A DNA stretch of 64,000 bases. Origin: the human T2T-CHM13v2.0 reference genome, Homo sapiens. Under the pieces are notes generated by a model. It was not told the origin of the DNA, made no database searches, and saw only the letters and a program-made list of their open reading frames with translations. This document shows positions 15,540 through 37,706 of the stretch, one piece after another. Positions within the stretch are counted from its first letter, which is position 1, and every line of letters starts with the position of its first letter. The stretch lies in the NCBI RefSeq assembly GCF_009914755.1, contig NC_060928.1; one strand, given 5' to 3'. A program made the position numbers and the translations under genes.

Positions 15540-16841
15540 GTAATTTGTTTTGTGCTTGCTTGATCTTCATTTTGAAAGTTATTGACCATCAGTTGCCTTC
15601 AAATGTGAACATGTATTACACATAATAGCAGGCTATATTTTTAACAAGAAAAAAAGGACATTTTTCTGGCACTTCTCAGCCTCAACTTAATAGCGTTGTC
15701 ACTAACAACTATGAAGCTTGTTTCTGGGGCTATTATTTTTTGTTGTTATAATACTCTTTATCTTTTTCTAAAAGATTTTCAGTAGCCTTTCTCTTCTTTC
15801 CCCTTCTTTTTAAAGAATAACTACTCCTTAAATAAATTTTATATTTCTATTGTCATGCTTAGGTCTTTGAATTTGAATTCTTTTCAACCAGCCTCTGAGT
15901 ATAGTCTTTGACTCTTTGCTCCCTCAATGGCTTCTGGCTGCTTCTAGTAGGTAAATAGATGCTACCTTCAACTTGGGGGTAGGTTTTGGAGACATCACTT
16001 TTAACCATATCTGGAAATCACTTTAGCCATTACATTCAAGTACAGGAGTAGATAGTATTGAAAGAAAAAACTATCATTTCATTTTAATATACTGTGATTT
16101 TTCTTGCCCTCCTGTCTCCTATCACTGACAACCTGACAACTGTACCTGATCTCTCTCTCTCTTTTCCTAATGATTCCAAGCTTCAAAACTAACAGAAAAA
16201 GCAGTTTTGCCCTTCTTTTTATTTCTTATCTCTTTGTTGATGATCCAGGATGAAGTTTAATTGAAGTTGGAATGTTCTATACTTAAAAAAAAAAAAAACC
16301 CATGCTATCTTGCTATCACTATTCTATGAATCAGTAGAAAACTAATCTTTTCAGCTCAGTATGGAATTCCCTTGTAATATTTTAAAAATACTTGAATAAA
16401 CGACTCAGTTTTTTGTAGTTAAGGATTTTTCCCCTAGGAATTTTGTGTGTGTGTGTCTGTGTGTGTAAGAAGTTGTAAACCATTCCAAAAACAATCTCTT
16501 ATCAAGATCTTCTAGAAGAGTTGCTTCATTTACTAAAAGATGAACAACCATATAGTATCCCATGAGCTCTAGATTAATGTGAAATGAAATGTCTAGTGTA
16601 GTATAGTTGAAAGATTCTGGCCCTGCAGTCAGACTTTGGTTTCTTTGTATTCATTCAGTCAACGAATTCTAATCTTATAATGAACTATGTGTTGAGAGTA
16701 TTTCAGTAACCTTGGACAAGTTTTCTTTCTATTTATACTACACCAAAATTAAAGAACTACGTGAGCATCTGTAGCAGTAATGTTAAATGAATTGTAGGCC
16801 TACTATATGTCAGGTACTAGAATAGATCTATAGAAACCTAG

Positions 16842-18435
<1,594 letters not shown>

Positions 18436-18746
18436 AATACCAACTAATGTATCTGTTGGTGAAGTGATGTAAAATATGGGGTGGAGTTTCTGTAAAAAGG
18501 AATAAAAAAAAGATGTAGTATGACAACATGTAAAACAAGATAACAAAATATTGATAATTATTGAAGCTTAGTGATAAGTATATGGGGTTCATCATTCCCC
18601 CTACTTTGTGTGTGTCCAAAATTTCTTAGAATAAAAAGCTTTAAAAAGTAAAAAGGAAATGTCAGGGGTTATGGACTGGATCAGGAGTCCAGTCTTTGTG
18701 GAGTCTTGATTTTCAGTTGTTAACACCATGTGTTTCCATTTTTTAG

Positions 18747-18988
18747 ATATGCTTTCTTCATCAGCAAGCAGTCCTGCTCCTGATCCCGCCCCTGAACCTG
18801 ATCCTGCTTCTGCTCCAGCTCCAGCTTCAGCTCCAGCTCCTGTCGTCCCTCAGCCTTCAAAAATGGCTAAGCCTTTTGGCTATGGCTATCCAACACTTCA
18901 GCCTGGTTATCAGAATGCTACAGCACCACTTATTTCTGGAGTACAGCCCAGTAACCCGGTATATTCTGGATTCCAGCAGTATCCTCAA
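18747..18988 (+). CDS. SEC24B: SEC24B exon (242 nt), Pro/Ala-rich: MLSSSASSPAPDPAPEP...SGFQQYPQ
   Basis: ttttttag|AT ... CAA|gtatgt; phase 1-0. Confidence 0.95.
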
Positions 18989-19489
18989 GTATGTATTCAG
19001 TCATATACACACATTGTAACAGTTATAAAACTTAATTCTGACAAGTTACTGGTGGGATTTGTACCTGTGATCCAAGTGGAACTTAGGTACAAATACATGT
19101 CAGCCTAGATCAAACATACATAGAATTTGATCTCAGCTTTTTTGTGTGTATATATGTAGAAAAAGATTAAATGAAATATAAATATCACATTTTTAAAGAG
19201 GTTAAATCTAGATCAAGATATTAGATATGATTTTATTTTTCTTCATGATATCTTTATTTTTCAGAGTCTACAATTGCAAGTATTAATTTTATAATCAGAA
19301 AATTTAAGTAAATGTTAAGTTTTTAAAAAAATTTTATATTATCAAGCTGGCATTCTCCTTAGAAAATGACAGGTAAAATGTGATTTGGTCCCTACCCTGC
19401 ATTTGAAGAACTTTATGACACATAACTCACCTTGATGAGAGCCTCCACACACATAAATATGCTCATAGGCTCACATGCTCATTTACCGC

Positions 19490-20089
19490 TGAAGTGGCTA
19501 CATTGTCTGGGGTCTAAACCGGTGGTTCGTCATCTTGCAGCCAGGAAAATTTAGGATGCAGACACACACGTGGAGTTTATGGGTGGAAGTTTAATAGGCA
19601 GAAGAGAGGAGAAGGAGAAACAGCTTTCTCCATAGAGAAGGGCCTCTGAGTGGAAAACACTGGCTGGAGGTGGATGCACCAAATTTTATAGTCCATCTTG
19701 AGGAGGCAATGTCTTATTTACCTAGGGCTCGCAGATCGGTTCGATTAGTTGTGACATTTACATGAGGCCTTGGGGGAAAGGCTGGTTGCCCTACCCTAAT
19801 CTTATTATGCAAATGAATTATCTTTGGCCAGCACCATCTTGTCTGCTCGTGTGACTGGCAGATAAGGGATGATGGAGCTGCCATCTTGAACATGTCTAGC
19901 CCCTAGTTCCTGCCAGCATTCACTCTTGCAGGCTCCCAGCTTGCTTGTCTGTGTCTGCAGCGCGACTTTACAGGCTGCTCTTCGTTAGAGAATGGTTTGG
20001 GGCTGCTTTTCATTAAAAAGAAAAGCCTTACTGAGGATTCCCATACCCTCACTATCTGCCTAAGTGATTTCTTTTTAACTCCTATATCA
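19490..20089 (-). mobile_element. ERV1-class solo LTR (600 bp), antisense
   Basis: TG...CA ends, 4-bp flanks CCGC/CTGC, minus-strand TATAAAA (19684-19690) and ATTAAA (19590-19595); minus strand begins TGATATAGGAGTTAAAAAGAAATCACTTAGGCAGATAG. Confidence 0.8.
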
Positions 20090-20233
20090 CTGCTGCTAGG
20101 ACCCATTCTGACATGACCTTTTCTGGAGCCACCTCATAAACTTAGCAGTTTAACAACTGATATGATATTTATACAGTTAAATACTTAACAGGACAGTATT
20201 ACATTCACATCTATATTTATTGAAAGAAAATAA

Positions 20234-20546
<313 letters not shown>

Positions 20547-21157
20547 AGGAAACAATTTTAATGACAAGAGTATTGCTACTTACAGAAAACTGTTCTCAGT
20601 TGACTAACCTTATAGAAATTTTATGGTGAAGTAAGAATGAAAATGAGAAATAGGATAATCAGTGAGGAGTAGTGGCTTACTCATGTAGTTCTAGCTACTC
20701 AAGACTAAAGTAGAAGGATTGCTTGAGCTCAGGAGTTTGAATCTTGCCTGGGTGACATACCAAGAGCCCATCTTGAGCAGGGGTGGGGCAAAAGAAAAAG
20801 GAAAATTATTTGTTTCTGGAATTTAACCTTAGAACTAAAGTACAGAGGAAAAAGGAAGAAAACTGAGAGACATCAGAGGAATATGGTTGGTTAGTACAGA
20901 TTTCTCTGCCTCCCATTTTGCTAGATTTTCTTTATGGCTCTGTTGTTTCATGTGAAACAATTTTTAAGTCTGTCCTGTTTGACTCTTGTGCTTTTAGGCA
21001 AATTCCTATTTGGGGTTGTAACATATTATTTACTTAGAATTTTTATGATGAGAAAACCAGGTTCAAAGAAAGGATTGATTCTTGGGAGTGTTGAGCAAGG
21101 AGAAAAAAAAATTATTTTGAAATAGTAAATGGTCTTACATAATAACTTAGGACAATA

Positions 21158-21376
21158 GTCTGCAAACCATGGCCCTCTGGCCAAATCGGGCCCACTGCCT
21201 GTTTGTAAATAAAGTTTTATTGCAATACAGCCATGCCCATTCTTCTATGTTATTGTCTATGGCTGCTTTTGCACTACAGTAGTACAGTTGAGTAGTTGCA
21301 AAAGAGATCATGTGGCTCTCAAAGCTTTAAAATAATGACCTTCTGACTATCCACAGAAAAAGTTTGCTGACCCGTG
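21158..21376. mobile_element. MER58A-like hAT-Charlie MITE
   Basis: gcaaaccatggccc...ggccaaatcgggcccactgcctgtttgtaaataaagttttattg...aagtttgctgaccc. Confidence 0.75.
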
Positions 21377-22495
21377 ACAAAGGAGTGTAGGAAGTATTTT
21401 TCATTTCGTATTTTATTTGGGAGGTTATTTTAGAAAAGTCAAAAAATTACCTTTGGGATAAGAGTAAAAATAAATATTCTACCAGAATTAAAAAATACAA
21501 CATCATTTTATTCTGTAATCACAATCCTTTTTATATTCTGGGTCTAGTACAAGTGTTAGGAAAGTTTGGATAAAGGGGACAAAGATATACTAAAAAGTAA
21601 CCTGGGTTATTAATCACACTTAAGTGAGCATCATAAAGCCAAAATATTTAGAAGTAGACTATTAGAAAGCAACCATTCCCACCTTTCTTTTTTTTTTTTT
21701 TACATAATTGGAAGCATACCATATGTACTTGTGTCTAGAATCTTTTGCTCAACATTATGCTTATTGTGTGATTGTAATTCATTCATTTTCATTGTTATGT
21801 GGTACTCAATCATGTGAATAGACCAGTTTGTTTATTTGTTCTATTGTTGATGGGCATTGGGGTAACTTTCCAGTGTGGGGCCATTATGAATGATGCTATT
21901 GTGAACATTTCTGTCCCTGTCTTTTAGTGAGTGTATATATCTAGGAATGGAATTGCTGGGCCACTGGATATTCATTTTTCAACTTTAGCAGTTAAAGCTA
22001 GACAGTTTGCCACAGTGATATTCTGATTTCTACCTCATTAGCAGTGTGTGAGAGTTCAGTTGCTTCACATTCTTGTCAACACTTGGAATTTTGACTTTCT
22101 AAATTGTAAATAGTCACCTTCCTTTCATTTTGTGAGGAAATAGAAACTCAAATAAGTGAAATCACCTGTCCAGTACCAGGCTTGGTTCTAAGAATGCAAA
22201 AGACCTTGCAGTACAGAATTAAGCACTTTTTTTCTCTTTAACTGGTAAGGATTTGTACAGTAAAAAATCATACTCAGACTTGATAGATGGATCTTTCCAA
22301 GGAAGATTACAAGCAGCTATTTTTGTCTGATCTGAATTTGAAATCATTTTTTGAACACTACTGTTTTAGGGTCAGTGAACAGTAATGATTTAGGTATACA
22401 GCTAGGACCTACATTTAAATTCTTACCTGTCTACTAAAAAAAGATTATAAATTTTCATCGAAGATTAAAATTATCAAACTTTTTTAAAAGAAGCC

Positions 22496-22795
<300 letters not shown>

Positions 22796-23674
22796 CATTT
22801 ATTTTTGAAGTTCCAGGTAGGGTAATAATATCTTAGCTTAGCTTTAAACAGTCTTAACAGTCATAATAAAGTTGAAATGCCTTTAAATGTTGTACCTAAT
22901 GTAGTGCAATGAAAGAGCTCTGTGTAAGGGCTTTTCTTTGTATTGATTAATTTGAGATGACTTATTAAGTAGTGGGAAACCCTAACAGTTGGTTTTTGAC
23001 AGGAAAAAAAAACACCTTAAAATTTGTTTTTTAGGGTGGAAAAACAGGGAAAAGGCTGATGTTTAAAAACAAAAATAAAAATTAGAAAAATATTTTCAGT
23101 GAATATATGAAAAACCAGATATAGATACTATATAGCTTTTAAAAATTACAAATTTAGTGAGATCAATTAGAGAAAATGCAGATAAACAAAAGGGAAAATA
23201 CTAATAAATATTAACCAGTATTTCTACCAGGTTGTAAACAGCAATGCTTGGAGTCTGTCCTTCCAGGTTTCTTTCACTACACCTTGCTAGGGAAGCCAGG
23301 CAAGAAGCTGGTTGTCTAGATGACTTGTTTAAACAAACAAAAGAAGTTGAAAAATACAAATATCACTTTGGAAAATGTTTAAATTTGTTTAACAGTATAA
23401 GAAGAAACCTTTCTTATTATATCTTTCATCATTTTGGGACTTGTATGTTTTATAATGAGTCTCCCATTTGCGGGGCATAACTCAGTTTCAAAATCAACAT
23501 CATTTTAAGCTTGGTGTGCTTCTGTGATCCCAGTTAAGACAGGAGAATCACTTGAGCTGAGGAGTTTGAGACCAACTTGGGCAATATAGCAAGAACCTGT
23601 GACAAAAGAAAAAAAAAATCCTTGTGTGTGTATATACACACACATACTTTATCATACATAAACGCACATGCATA

Positions 23675-25903
<2,229 letters not shown>

Positions 25904-25949
25904 AGCATTTAATTCTTTAAGACTTTAGAATTTCTCTCTACTCAATAGA

Positions 25950-26850
25950 AGTTTATTCCTACTCTGTGGCAGTACTATTCTAGGCACTGAGAATACGAGA
26001 GGAGGCTCAGTGAACCAAACAGTTCCTGCTCTTAAGAAGGTTGGTGGGAGGTCAGGATTAATAAGACAATAAATAAGTAAACAAATAAAGAATTAATTTC
26101 AGGTAGTTACAAGTGCTATGAAGTAAGACAAGTTGAAGTAGTTTCTGGGGTGAAAATGTGGAGTAGGTGGTCAGATAAGCAGCCTTCATTGTAGAAGTTA
26201 GGTTTGAGTTAACATATGGAAGAAAGAAAAAGCATGGAAGGATCTGTGGTTAAAGCATTTCAGGCTGAGTAAACTGATATGCAAAGACTTAAGGCAGGAA
26301 CAAGTTTGACATGTTTGAGGAATAAAGTCCCAGTGTTGTGGGAATTCAGCCATGGGAAGAGTAATAGGGATGAGATCGAAGAGCTAAAGGACCACAGTCA
26401 GAAGCTTAGATTTTATCCGAGGTGCATAAGAGAGGTATCAGAGATTTTATGTAATAGGATGACATCTAATTTACATATTTAGAAAATCATTTGGCTGCTG
26501 TGTGAGGAATGGATTAGAGATAGGAGTATTTGAAAAGACAAAATGGAAACAGAGAGACAAATTGAAGTTCTGCCCTAATTCGGAAATTGATGGTTGTTCT
26601 TTGTGCTAAGGTAGTATCATGGAGGTTGTAAAAAGTGAATAGATAAGAGATAACTTTTTATATGCCAGTGGATTGGATGTGGTGGGTGAGAGAAAGGAAG
26701 GTGTCAAGAGTAACTCCTAGGTTTTTGGCATAACACCTGGGTAGAGGTTAGCGTATTTACTAAGATAATGAAGACAAAGGTCTAGGAATGGGAATTGAGT
26801 TGGCCATGTTAAATTAAAATACCTAATGGAGATGTCAAACAGTATTTGAT
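25950..26850. mobile_element. L2 fragment
   Basis: Purine-rich L2-like tracts (ctaggcactgagaatac, gattggatgtggtgggtgagagaaaggaaggtgtcaag). Confidence 0.6.
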
Positions 26851-27184
26851 CAGTGGTTGTTGGTCAAGTATGGAGAAATAATGTACCAATGTATACTTCA
26901 AGCAAGAATGTATTTAATTGCCCCTTTCTCTATATTGTGAAGTACCCCAGTAATTATTTTGTATAAGCAAAAAATTTTTTTATAATTATTGGTCATATGT
27001 ATTTCTTTACTGAAATCCCTGTTTATATTTTTTCACCATTGTTGTGTGTGTCTGCAATAAGTGTAAACCTTTTGTGTTTGTGTATTGTAATTTTCTGCCA
27101 TGTTGACATTGGTTTTTAATTTTAGTGTGTTTTTATTTTTTACCTTGGAGAAATACTTAAATTTTATGTAGTTATTTTGTAATT

Positions 27185-27791
<607 letters not shown>

Positions 27792-30459
27792 TCATTTTAT
27801 AATTTCTTTTATTGTTTTTACCTTTGTTTGTATCCTTTAAAAGGTCTTTTCAGCGTTAAAATCAGGAAAGTATTCTAGCTGGTTTTTTTTAGTTCTTTGA
27901 TGATTTTGGTTTTGCATCATTAATCCATCTAAGGTTTTATTTTGGTACATAATGTAAATAAGTCTCATTCTCTCCCCTTCACCTGCAGAATGGTTTACCC
28001 TTAGTTCACTATCATTTATTAGATAATGTATCTTCTCTCTCTGATTAAATATCCTACCTTTATTTTATATCCTAAATTCTTAGAAACTTGGGTCTTTTGG
28101 GGGGTTTTCTGTTATATGCTGCTATTAATCCATGTGATCATTTTTCTGATTTTTTACAGCTCTACAGAAAAAAAGAGAATCCTTTTTATTATCCAGTCAT
28201 TTTTTTCCTTAACATCACCACCTTCAGTTACTGTCAACATTTTGCTATATTTGTTTCATATGGGTCCACACTGCCTACCATCCCACCACCACTTTTCTTG
28301 CTGAGGATTTTAAAATTAGGGAGGTGGACAGCATTTCTTACATAACCACAATACTACTATCATAGCCAACAAAATTAATAATTTCTAAATGTCATTTAAA
28401 ATTCAGTCTATATTCAGATTTTCCAGACTGTTTCAAAAATGCCTTTGTATACTTTGTTCACATTAAAACCCAAATAATAGTTTACTAATTCTATTTGCTT
28501 ATGCCTGTTAATTCTTGTTTTAATTTAAAACAAGCCCCACTCCCTTTTTTTAATGCCTTTGATTTTGGTAAAATAACTGAGTCTGTTGTTCTGTAGAATG
28601 TCCCTCATTCTGAATTTAGCTGTTTGCTTCTTTGTGGTATCATTTAACTTATTTCTGTTTCATTTTCTATGGATTGGGAGTTAGATCTAATGGTTGATTA
28701 TATTTAGGTGTATTACTTCAATTATTTATTTAGTTAGGCCATAATATGTATTTTGGTGATGTACACTTCAAAATAATATCTGTTTATTTCACTTATACCA
28801 CTGCTAGGCTTGATTAGTGCCTCATACAATGACAGCCTGATCCTTTAATTGTGAAGTTCCTCATTAAGCTTTCACCTAGTGGCTTTATCATCTGTTGATA
28901 TCTATTGGTCTTCCATTACAAGTGACCACTACCTGAATCATTTATTTCAGTATGGATTGTTAAATAGTGATTTTTCTGAATTTATCATTATCCATATATT
29001 AGCTGGAATTCTATAGCACATTAACATAATGGAGTGCTCCGTAGCTGTAAAAAGAAATGCAGAAGGTATAGACATAGAGTTATTGCCAGGACATTTTTTT
29101 AGTTGAAAAGGGGGCTATATTTACAACAGTATATATGTTTAGCTTATATAAATAGAAACAATGGAAGGATTAAACTATAAGCTAATAAAAATAGTTAACT
29201 ATAGGCAGAGGTGTCAAGAGTGAAATAAGATATCTCTGAATACCTTATTGTATTAGTACCTTATTGTAATGTTTTTTGACATTAGAATTATATAAATGTT
29301 ATGTTTACTCAAAAACCAAAAAGATTAAAAATGATCCTTAAATATGAAAAACAAAATAAAATTAAAAAACCTGTTTATCAAGTTGGATACATTCTAATAC
29401 CAAGAAAAGTACTGTTCAAGCTGATCTTAAAACCTAGTATTTTATACATCTCAGTGGGATATAACGTAAGGACAAAAAGAACTATGAAAAATTTAATAAT
29501 CTGACATAATATTGGTGGTGTTATAAATGTATATTATAGGATAAAATAATGCTGTTACCATTAGAAATAAAGATTTGTAGCAAAAGAGAACAGAGATACC
29601 GGTATAAAATCAAAGAACTTAAGTAAAAACCCCGTCATCTTAAATTTGTATTGGAACTGTCAACGTGGACTCATTATTTGCTTCTACTTTAACATGTGTA
29701 TTTTCCATCTTTACCTGTTGCCAAGTATCTGGAAGTAATAACAGCACACTAGCAATAAGCACCTTTATCATCCAGATTATGGTTTTTAGATATCATCTCT
29801 ACTTAAAAGGAGCCAAGATTCCTTTTTAGACAAACAATTCTAGATTTGAAGTAAAAGAGTATAAAATAGTGTGTAAGAAAGCAAGGAAACTATCAAAGGC
29901 TAGTTAGGTTCATATAAAAGGACACTGGGGCCATCTTGAAAGGGCTTTCACTGGCTAAAGATTGGGTAGTTTGAACATCATAAGAATAATGACTGTAATT
30001 CATTACATCAGTTTGAGATAACAAGCCATTAATTCATGATAATATTAAAAACATAGGAAACAAAATAAGGCAAAACCTATTGAACACGATTGTACATTTC
30101 TATGGTACCAACTCATTATTGTGAAAGTTGGTAATTGGGGGAGGGGAACCTTGAGAACAGTGGGGCACTTATCGTGTTTTTCAAGTATAAACTGTATTCA
30201 GGGAAACCAAATTGCTCATGTTGAAAAGCATTGTTGCTGAAATTTCATTGCGAGGGTTAACCTTGCTAATAAGATTCAAATTTATTCAGTACTTTTGCTT
30301 TGAGTTTTTTTCAAGTGTGCTTTAGATTGACTGCATACCAAGCCAGATTTAAATTTTCTTACCTTTTTGCTTTTTCTGTATGTTGAGATATGTAGTATAT
30401 ATAAGAAAATTTATTTATGTTTTATTGTTCTTTTATTTTGTTTTGAATTGCTCTTTCAG

Positions 30460-30644
30460 CAGTATCCTGGTGTGAACCAGCTATCCTCCAGTATAGGAGG
30501 ATTGAGTCTTCAGAGTTCTCCACAACCAGAAAGCCTGAGACCTGTAAACCTTACTCAGGAGAGGAATATTTTACCTATGACTCCTGTTTGGGCTCCTGTA
30601 CCTAACTTGAATGCAGACCTCAAAAAATTAAACTGTAGCCCAGA
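30460..30644 (+). CDS. SEC24B: SEC24B exon (185 nt): QYPGVNQL...KKLNCSP
   Basis: ctttcag|CAG|TAT NAGNAG acceptor; CCAGA|gtaggt donor; phase 0-2. Confidence 0.93.
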
Positions 30645-31409
30645 GTAGGTATTTATTTATTTTATAATCTTTCTTAAGTGATGAAAACATTGTATGACTT
30701 TCAAAAATAGTAAAAGTAGTATGTTATTTCTTCGGTTGGAAGTTTCATTAATGTTGACTTTTCTCTTTTAGTTTGTATAGATGTAAAATTTGACTTAGGT
30801 CATCTCTTTTTGTTCCCATCTCTGTCTCAATCCAGTCCCTTCCCCCCATCACCTAATGTTAGGGAAATTATTTCTATTTGAATGAAGGGTTTCAGGAACC
30901 CAAATATAACTATATTTTTTATTTCTTAAATCTTTTTCCTCACTTTTCAATAATAATAACTTCTGATATCTTTTCAATAAGGACAGATATTTGAAATTTC
31001 AGGCTTTGCTTGAAAAGAACATAGACCTCACTTATGTAATCTCAAGAACAGGTTTAGATAAATGGTTTATCTCAGAATTTTCTTTTCCCACTCAATATAG
31101 AGTATGAAGACCTTTGACTCCCAGGCTTAATCCAGTCTGAATCTAGACTGGATTTCCTTTAATAGAGAAGTTTAGCTGGCAGACTGCACTGGCAACCACC
31201 AAGCCCTGGTGTACCTTTGTGTGAATGAGCTCTGTTACTCACTTCACAGTGCCTCATGTCTTTGTTCTTGCATGCTTTTAGTTCTGTATCCTATGAATAG
31301 GATATCCCCCTGGTCCTAGTTTTTTTCTTTTTTTGGAAGACATCCTCCTGCATCTGGAATTTCTCCTCCTCATAAAGTAAACACTGATTCACAGAACAAC
31401 ATTGTCTTC

Positions 31410-33844
<2,435 letters not shown>

Positions 33845-34140
33845 TCACTTATGTTTTCTGTGTGCTCCTATTCATCTCCTTCAGGCTAGTCATAATGGAG
33901 TAGTTGGTCTTCCCTGAATGTGTACTATTTTTCCACCATGAAAGTGTTGACTCTTTAATTTAGATTTTTTGACATATATTGCATACATGCCTAATTAATC
34001 AGGACCTTCTTGCTTACAGTTACAGTAACATGCCCAAATGATTTTCACTTATGTCCTTAAATGTTCTTAGTTATCTTATCTACTTCAGTGTATTTTTCTC
34101 TGATAGCTAATATCCTCCATGTTGTTTATGTTTTTTGCAG

Positions 34141-34243
34141 TTCATTTCGGTGTACTTTGACAAATATTCCACAGACACAGGCTTTACTGAATAAAGCTAA
34201 GCTTCCTTTAGGATTGTTGTTACATCCCTTCAGAGACCTAACG
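34141..34243 (+). CDS. SEC24B: SEC24B exon (103 nt): SFRCTLTNIPQT...HPFRDLT
   Basis: ttttgcag|T ... ACG|gtaaag; phase 2-0. Confidence 0.96.
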
Positions 34244-36088
34244 GTAAAGTAACATTTTATAATATTTATGGGTACTGACATGTATGCTTATGTACAAGGT
34301 ACTTAAATTTTATATTTTCTTAGAATTTTCTATATCTTCTTTTATTTGAAGTTAGAAATAATCATTTCCATAACAACTTGGCAAACATTTTTTGAACACC
34401 TGCTTTGTGACAAGCTCTAAACTAAGCACTGGTAGTACAGAGATGATCAAGTCATTGAAGTTGCCTCCAAAAAGTTCTTATCTAACAGGGAACAAAGATG
34501 TAAAAATAATTACAGTGCAGGATAATTAATACATGTAATTAATCAAATTCTATGAGATACTTAGGTAGTGAGTACAGTATGAGAAGTGATTCCCTGTGGA
34601 TACAATAGCAAAAGTTTTCTATAAGTGTTGAAGTCTGTCCTGGATTTTGAAAGATTAGTAGTTTTGGAAGGTGGAATGGCCCTGGAAGGTAGATACACTT
34701 TCGGAGTTCTTTATTAAACACAAAGGAAACACCAACAGTGATGTCCACTTAGAGAGGAAAACTGCCTGTTCCTTAACAAATTAAACAAATTTGTTAATTC
34801 AACAAATAACCTTTGTAACAGTAGGGATTTTTAAACTTGTAAAGTTTTAAAAGTTTTAAATTTTGAAAACTTCAAAAATAATTTTATTCAGGGCTGTTTT
34901 ATTTGTACTTCATAAGTTGCATTTCTGTCTCAAACTTTTTTTTACTACTGTTGTTTACTACCCTTCTTACTGGTTCTGAGTTTTCTTTTGCTGTCATTCA
35001 TCCAAAAAATATTGATTGACTACCTGTCACGTTGGAAGCTGGAGATACAAAGGTTAAATTAAAAGCTTCCTTGTGAAGCTTACTTTACTACCAGGAAGTA
35101 TAGAAAAGATCAAAATGAATAGAAAATAAAAAATTGTAATATGTGATAAGTACCGTGAATTTATTCATTGGGTAAATATTTTTAATCACCTATAATACTC
35201 TGAAAACCTTATCTATAAACCAAGACAGTTAATTTCATATATATATGAAATTGTATACTATATATATGTATATATATGAGAGAGTTTTTCTCTAAATACA
35301 GATATACATGATACCTTCTGGAAGCATGTATACTAAATTGTTTACAGTGACATCTTCTGTGATATAGAGTTCTGTAATTTTTTATTTTCTCATTCTCAGT
35401 TAACTATATTTCCTGATTTTTTTTTACAACAGATATGTGGTTACTTGCATAATAATAATCATATATGTGAAAAAATTAAATACAAAGATCAAAATGTTCA
35501 TGTGCAGATAGAAAAAAACAGAATGATATACTAAAATGATAGCAGGTTAATTCAGAGACATAGAATAATATGTGATCTCTTAATCTTTTTTCATATTTTC
35601 TAAAGTTTCTACTTGAATATAAAATTCATTTCCCAAACTAAGCATAGAGATGTAATTTTTTTTAAAGGCACGTTGTGTTTGACTGCTTCTGGCCTCAGCT
35701 CCTGTCAGAAGTTGCTGTGGCAGTCTAATGAGCAGTGCCTAATAGTCTAGTACCACGTGCAGTCAACAAAGACAAAGGTATTTGTATATGGTATGTTTCT
35801 CTCTCACTGTTATTTCTAAAGTTAAACTGATAAGATCTCACTTACATTATTTTCTTGGCCAATGTTTGTTATGACTTTATTTTAGTGTTATGATTTGTGA
35901 CAAGAGGGAGAAAACTTGATGGCTACATGTGTTGCTCAACATGTCCCTGGATTTTATTAATATGCTTCCATATAAAACCACATAAAAACAATTAAGGTTT
36001 ATGTTCTGTATTTGGAGCAGATCTGTGTACGTTCTGTTTTTCCTTGGGGTGCCTTTTTCTGCTACAGCTTCTTTATTTTATTTCCTAG

Positions 36089-36215
36089 CAATTACCAGTG
36101 ATAACATCAAATACCATTGTGAGGTGCCGATCCTGTCGAACGTATATTAACCCCTTTGTATCCTTCATTGATCAACGTAGATGGAAATGCAATTTGTGCT
36201 ATAGAGTAAACGATG
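36089..36215 (+). CDS. SEC24B: SEC24B exon (127 nt), Sec23/24 zinc finger: QLPVITSNTIVRCRSCRTYINPF...WKCNLCYRVND
   Basis: tttcctag|CAA ... GATG|gtgagt; CxxC...CxxC; absent from ORF track, translated by hand. Confidence 0.97.
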
Positions 36216-36746
36216 GTGAGTTTTAGATTCTTAATTGTGTTTTAATCCTATTTTCAGGTTTTTTTTTTTGAGATTTTTGTCATCTCCTGGTTTCTCTCTT
36301 CATTGCTTTAAAAAGAATTTTCATGCCATTTTTAGTAGAGGGAATATAGGCTAAGGCTAGGACTAGGGATTCTTCATTTTGGCTGACCAAGGGGATAATT
36401 GACAATGAGGAGAGTAACAGTGAGGACAAAGTAAGAAAAATAGAAACAGTGACACTCATGCAGGTGAGCTTATGCAGACTAGTTATGCTTGTCCCTGACA
36501 GTAAGATTGTCTTACATTTGTATATTTGGTTCATTCAACTCAGGTAGAACTTTGCCAGTGTATCTGGATGCATGCATGTATATATGTCTGTCTCTTGTTC
36601 CCTTTATTCATTTCTTCGGGTTCCCCTACTAGAGTTGCTTTCAAATTTATGTTTCTCTGTCTGATTTTTTTCCATGTCATTTGATATAATAAATAGGATA
36701 CAAGTCTAAGAAGGAAGGTTACTTGCATCCTGGTTTTCTCACCTGA

Positions 36747-37706
<960 letters not shown>

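Noticed and set aside
18989-19108. Open frame continuing 39 codons past the donor at 18988
   Set aside because: Good gtatgt donor at 18989; extension lacks Sec24-like composition and a convincing in-frame downstream donor
19903-20106. 67-aa minus-strand ORF
   Set aside because: Falls in the U3 part of the solo LTR; no gag/pol/env similarity
34773-34797. 10-bp inverted repeat TTAACAAATT/AATTTGTTAA
   Set aside because: Low-complexity AT sequence; expected by chance
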